From Planctomycetota bacterium (GTDB lineage Bacteria > Planctomycetota > SZUA-567 > H5-PLA8): a DNA stretch of 20,163 bases. The translations under genes were made by a program, and so were the position numbers. The DNA lies in the NCBI GenBank assembly GCA_045863855.1, contig BTVV01000114.1, forward strand, positions 1 to 20,163. Direction: 5' to 3'. Numbering within the stretch: position 1 is the first letter of the stretch; each line of letters opens with the position of its first letter. This document shows positions 16,263 to 20,163 of this stretch, piece by piece. The notes below the pieces were generated by a model that saw only the letters and a list, made by a program, of their open reading frames with translations, ran no database searches and was not told the DNA's origin.

Positions 16263-16727
16263 CTACGCTTGCCCTTTGAGCAGCCGCTGAGTCTCCTCCC
16301 ACGTCGCGGCGAGATAATCCCGGTACCCGGCGGCATCCAACGTCTGCTCGGGCCGCCCTTCGAACTCCAGCAGCCACTCGGCATACGGATCCACCGTCAG
16401 CCGCCTGGGGCTCGCCACCACTTCGCGATTGATCGCCACCAGTCGCCCGGTCATGGGTGCGTACAGTTCCGAACTGGCCTTGGTGCTTTCAATCTCGCCC
16501 AGTGGATCGGCCTCGCGTACCTCCTGGCCCTCGGCTACCTTCCAGTCTAGTCTGAAGACGTCATCCAGGAGCCGCATCGCGTAACTGGTCAAACCGCACC
16601 GCGTTCCCTGCTCCTTAACATCGAACCAAAAGTGAATCTCCGAGTATCGCAGCCGCACTGGCAGCACCGCTGGGAAGAGTCCCATGTCGAATACGAGCGC
16701 TTCGTCGTCCACAGAGACTCCGGCCAT
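16263..16727 (-). CDS. Glycine cleavage H-like (lipoyl-carrier fold) protein
   Basis: 'RYSEIHFW', 'GLTSYA', 'GEIESTKASSELYAPMTG' (Lys83, codon 16479-16481) and 'DPYAEWL'; N-terminal extension 'LVFDMGLFPAVLP'. Confidence 0.88.
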   Translation of the reverse strand: MAGVSVDDEALVFDMGLFPAVLPVRLRYSEIHFWFDVKEQGTRCGLTSYAMRLLDDVFRLDWKVAEGQEVREADPLGEIESTKASSELYAPMTGRLVAINREVVASPRRLTVDPYAEWLLEFEGRPEQTLDAAGYRDYLAATWEETQRLLKGQA

Positions 16728-16840
16728 TCGCGCGACGTAACCCTAAACTGTACCTGATCGGTCCGGTTTATCCAGCGTGCACAGCATTACGGACTTAGGC
16801 TGTATACGCCAGATGTCATGCACCACTGGAAATGTTTCGC

Positions 16841-16846
16841 TAGAAT
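16841..16846 (+). promoter_or_regulatory. Possible -10 element for trpD
   Basis: TAGAAT about 30 bp upstream of the trpD ATG in the divergent intergenic region; no convincing -35. Confidence 0.3.
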
Positions 16847-16875
16847 GAACCCATACGACCTGAGGTGTATGCAAA

Positions 16876-17925
16876 ATGAGCAGCCATGCGCAGGACCCCC
16901 TAGTCATTAAACCCTACTTGGAATCGTTGCTTAGTGGCGTTGATCTGGACGAAGTCGCTGCCGCCGCGGTAATGGCGGCTGTAGTGGAGGGCCGGCTCCC
17001 GGCTCCCAGCATGGCTGCGTTTCTCACGGCACTTCGTGCCAAGGGCGAAACGGAGCACGAACTGGCGGCTTTTGCCGCGGTACTGCGAGCGCATGCCCGC
17101 CGAGTTCAGGCGCCGGAAGGCACGGTGGATACGTGCGGAACCGGTGGGGACTCAAGTGGGACGTTTAACATATCTACGGCTGCGGCCCTGGTTGCGGCCG
17201 GTATGGGCATTCCAGTGGCCAAGCACGGAAATCGTTCGGTTTCCAGCGCCAGCGGTTCGGCGGATGTCCTCAAGGCGTTGGGCGTAAACATCGACGCACC
17301 GCTCTTGATCGTCGAGAAGTGTCTGCGCGAGGCAGGCATCGCGTTTCTGTTCGCCCCCGCACTCCATCCAGGCATGAAGCATGCGGCTCCGGTGCGGCGC
17401 GAGTTGGGCATTCGAACCGTTTTTAACCTGCTAGGTCCTCTCTCGAATCCGGCCTTTGCCAAACGCCAAGTCCTGGGCGTCTACGAACCGCGGCTTTGCG
17501 CGCTTTTTGCCCGAGTGCTCGCCCAATTGGGCAGCACCGATGCGCTGGTGGTTTGCGGCGCGGGAGCAGGGGGAACCGGGCACCTGGATGAAATATCCAC
17601 TTTCGGGCCTAGCCTGATCGCCCGCTTGCGCAACGGGGAAGTTCTGGAAGAAGAGTTCATTCCGGCTTCTTTGGGCCTCGCGACCCCGGGTGCCGCGGCG
17701 CTTGCCGTCGACGGACCGGAAAAAAGCGCGGCGACCATTCGAGCGGTACTGGCCGGTCAGGCCGGACCGGCCCGGGATGTGGTGGTCTTGAACGCTGCCG
17801 CCGCCGCTCAAGTGGCGGGTCTGGCCAGCGATTGGAAGTCCGGGATGGACTTGGCCGCGGCCAGTATAGACAGCGGAAAAGCCCTTCGTGCTCTGGAGCG
17901 CCTCGCGACGCTCAGCGCGGCTTGA
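16876..17925 (+). CDS. trpD: Anthranilate phosphoribosyltransferase
   Basis: 'LRAKGET', 'DTCGTGGD..TFNIST', 'KHGNRSVSS.SGSAD', 'RTVFNLLGPLSNP' and 'LDEIS'; RBS GAGGTG. Confidence 0.96.
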   Translation: MSSHAQDPLVIKPYLESLLSGVDLDEVAAAAVMAAVVEGRLPAPSMAAFLTALRAKGETEHELAAFAAVLRAHARRVQAPEGTVDTCGTGGDSSGTFNISTAAALVAAGMGIPVAKHGNRSVSSASGSADVLKALGVNIDAPLLIVEKCLREAGIAFLFAPALHPGMKHAAPVRRELGIRTVFNLLGPLSNPAFAKRQVLGVYEPRLCALFARVLAQLGSTDALVVCGAGAGGTGHLDEISTFGPSLIARLRNGEVLEEEFIPASLGLATPGAAALAVDGPEKSAATIRAVLAGQAGPARDVVVLNAAAAAQVAGLASDWKSGMDLAAASIDSGKALRALERLATLSAA

Positions 17926-17991
17926 CCCTGCCTGGACAAGAGGCTAGGTTCGAGGGAGCGCGTATCGGCGCAACGGACCGGTGGCTCCCCC

Positions 17992-18393
17992 ATGCTCGTC
18001 GAGGTTGAACTCTACCAGGTCGTAATCACCGAAGGTTCCAATGTTCAGAGTATCGTTCTGAAAGAGAAGCACACGGAACGCGTCTTCGTGATCTCCATCG
18101 GCTACAACGAAGCCATGGCGATCGACCGGAAGATTAAGGAGTTCCAGGTTCCGCGCCCCCTGACCCACGATTTGCTCCAGAACCTGATCGACGCACTGGG
18201 CGGCAAACTCCGGCAGGTTGTGCTCAATGCTTTTAAGGAAGGCACCTATTATGCGCTGCTGGTTATCGAGCAGGGTGGCAATAAGGTGGAGGTCGACGCG
18301 CGACCCAGCGACGCCATCGCGCTGGCCGTTCGCATTGGCTGCCCGATCTTCGCCGAAGAAGATGTGATCCGTAAGGCCAGCGAAGGCGAGTAA
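17992..18393 (+). CDS. Bifunctional nuclease (DUF151) family protein
   Basis: 'IGYNEAMAI', 'PRPLTHDL' and 'VDARPSDAIALAVR..CPI'. Confidence 0.92.
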   Translation: MLVEVELYQVVITEGSNVQSIVLKEKHTERVFVISIGYNEAMAIDRKIKEFQVPRPLTHDLLQNLIDALGGKLRQVVLNAFKEGTYYALLVIEQGGNKVEVDARPSDAIALAVRIGCPIFAEEDVIRKASEGE

Positions 18394-18402
18394 GCGCCGA
18401 AT

Positions 18403-19893
18403 CTACTTGAACAGCATAACGATTTCGGGCTTCGTCAATTTCCCCATCGCGTTGCGTGGAAGGTCCGCCGACAGCAAGAGGCGGGAAGGGACCTTGTAAG
18501 CGGCAAGGCGCTCTTTGGCCCACCCGCGCAAAGCATCGAGTTCCAGAACCGCGCCTGCGCGCAAAACGACCGCTGCGCCGACACGCTCACCCCATTCCGG
18601 ATCGGGCACGCCCACGACGGCACACTCGGCAATGGCCGGATGTTGGAGCAACACGCTTTCGATCTCTAGCGCCGAAACCTTATAGCCGCCGGTTTTGATG
18701 ATATCGACGCTGTTGCGGCCGAGAATGCGAAAACTGCCGCGATCGCGGACGGCGATGTCGCCCGTCTTGAACCAGCCATCTGCGAAAGCGCCGCGTGTCG
18801 CTTCGGCATTTTCCCAATACTCCTTGAACAGATTCGGGCCGCGCACTCGGATCTCACCCGGCTTCTCGTCCTCGTCGATGGGCTGGTTCTGCTCGTCGAC
18901 CAACCGAACTTCGACGCGCGGCATGGGTGCGCCGACGTGGCCCGGCCGCCGCTCGCCGTGGAGAGGATTCGATAAGGCCATCCCGATCTCGGTCATGCCG
19001 TAGCGCTCGAGCAGAGTATGTCCAGTCAGTTCGCGCCAGCGTTCGAGCACCGGTTCGGGTAACGCGGCGGAACCCGAGACCATCAGGCGCAGTTTTTGGG
19101 CGCCTGCCGACCATGCCGCGCGCCGATCCGGCAGCACTTCTTCCCACGCCTTGATCAGACGCGCGTAAATCGTCGGGACGGCCATGAATACCGTGACTTC
19201 GCCGCTGGCAAGTCGGTCCCAAAGCTTGCTTGCATCGAATTTGGGCAGCATTTCGCAGGTCGCGCCGCTCCAAAGCGCGCAGCTCAGCACGTTAATCAGC
19301 CCGTGCGTATGATGCAGCGGCAGCACGTGAACGATGCGGTCGTCGGCGCTCCAGCCCCAGGCGTCGATCATCGTCTCGATCTGAGCCGCTACACTGCGAT
19401 GCGTATGCACCACACCTTTGGGTTTTCCGGTCGTGCCACTGGTAAACAGAATCATGGCGGGATCGCCAGGACCGGAGGTGGTTTGAGTGACCGGGCGCCC
19501 GGAAAGGGCTTGGTCGGTACTCAAGAACGACGCTCCGATCTCCTGAGCGACCTCGCGTAAGACTGCTTCGGTTGCCGGATGCGAAATCACGATCGATGCA
19601 CGAACCAACCCAGCGGCATAAAGCCATTCGGGCTTGGGGTGCTGCTCGCACAACGGAACCGCTACGCCGCCTGCCCAAGCGATGCCCCATTGAATTGCAA
19701 CGTGCTTGAAACCCGAGGGCACAAGATAAGCAACTCGCGCACCGCGCAGGTCTCCGCTCCCACCTCGCAGCGCTCCGGCCACCCGAACCGCCGCGTCCAG
19801 CAGGTCTCGATACGTAAAGGTGCCTTCAGATGCGACCAAGGCAGTCCGGCCGGCGTGACCTTCGGCGCGCCGAATCAGTTCGAGGCTGGGCAT
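18403..19893 (-). CDS. Acyl-CoA synthetase, malonyl-CoA synthetase (MatB/ACSF3)-like
   Basis: AMP-binding 'FTSGTTGKPKG', 'LPLHHTHG', 'SGSAAL', 'ERYGMTE' (characteristic of the MatB/ACSF3 group), 'GWFKTGD' and 'LPRNAMGK'. Confidence 0.88.
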   Translation of the reverse strand: MPSLELIRRAEGHAGRTALVASEGTFTYRDLLDAAVRVAGALRGGSGDLRGARVAYLVPSGFKHVAIQWGIAWAGGVAVPLCEQHPKPEWLYAAGLVRASIVISHPATEAVLREVAQEIGASFLSTDQALSGRPVTQTTSGPGDPAMILFTSGTTGKPKGVVHTHRSVAAQIETMIDAWGWSADDRIVHVLPLHHTHGLINVLSCALWSGATCEMLPKFDASKLWDRLASGEVTVFMAVPTIYARLIKAWEEVLPDRRAAWSAGAQKLRLMVSGSAALPEPVLERWRELTGHTLLERYGMTEIGMALSNPLHGERRPGHVGAPMPRVEVRLVDEQNQPIDEDEKPGEIRVRGPNLFKEYWENAEATRGAFADGWFKTGDIAVRDRGSFRILGRNSVDIIKTGGYKVSALEIESVLLQHPAIAECAVVGVPDPEWGERVGAAVVLRAGAVLELDALRGWAKERLAAYKVPSRLLLSADLPRNAMGKLTKPEIVMLFK

Positions 19894-20163
19894 GTTCGAG
19901 TTCTCGATGGTTTGAATAATTCAACTTACGAGCTTGTCGGCACGCGCTCAACTTGGATTTTTGCAGATCGCGCGGCAAGTGTGCCGCGGCTTGCCTGAAA
20001 GGTCGTGGTTACGATCGCAACAGTGCGAGGAAGGTCGATTCCATCAACGAACTCAAAAGAATGCCACTTTAGAGGACAGCAAGGGGATGCATGGGCCGGC
20101 GACTTAGCGTTTCCATGACGTCCCGCTGCGTATCAAGCGAACCGTTTGCCGGCCGCCCACCCC

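Noticed and set aside
15060..16384. Longer ORF-track starts for the ferredoxin (15197) and the GTPase (16384)
   Set aside because: Both overlap upstream genes extensively, whereas ATG 15059 and ATG 16246 have GGAGG RBSs and coupled junctions.
16263..16727. Naming the gene gcvH of a glycine cleavage system
   Set aside because: No gcvT/gcvP is adjacent and the sequence diverges from canonical H protein, so the symbol was withheld.
18403..19893. MatB-like acyl-CoA synthetase as a member of the terpene/GcvH operon (e.g. loading the carrier)
   Set aside because: It is separated from the operon by two opposite-strand housekeeping-type genes (trpD, DUF151); nothing in the sequence links them beyond proximity.
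19894..20163. Non-coding end with hairpin CGCGGCA-AGTG-TGCCGCG (19971-19988) as a riboswitch or ncRNA
   Set aside because: It is only a short GC-rich stem with no recognisable RNA family features or U-tract, and the region is cut by the window edge.

Overview
GC-rich bacterial window with 18 credible CDSs; no RNA genes, mobile elements or CRISPR arrays were seen. The gene style suggests Planctomycetota/PVC, but that is inference only. The left part holds sugar-related and miscellaneous genes: a partial sugar ABC ATPase, an EVE protein, a Cys-less TlpA-like protein, galK, a GH78 alpha-L-rhamnosidase, a Zn-ribbon membrane protein and an Rrf2 regulator. The right part holds trpD, a DUF151 nuclease and a MatB-like acyl-CoA synthetase. 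The centre (7563-16727, minus strand) is a tightly coupled eight-gene operon: GcvH-like lipoyl-carrier, CobW/COG0523 GTPase, 2x[4Fe-4S] protein, radical SAM enzyme, GNAT, divergent squalene-hopene-cyclase-like enzyme, DUF116-polyprenyl synthase fusion, and a second prenyltransferase-repeat protein. It looks like an uncharacterised, Fe-S-rich terpenoid/lipid pathway, with no squalene synthase and no glycine-cleavage P/T genes in the window. This operon is the main candidate for an undescribed system. All family assignments come from motif recognition, not database searches.
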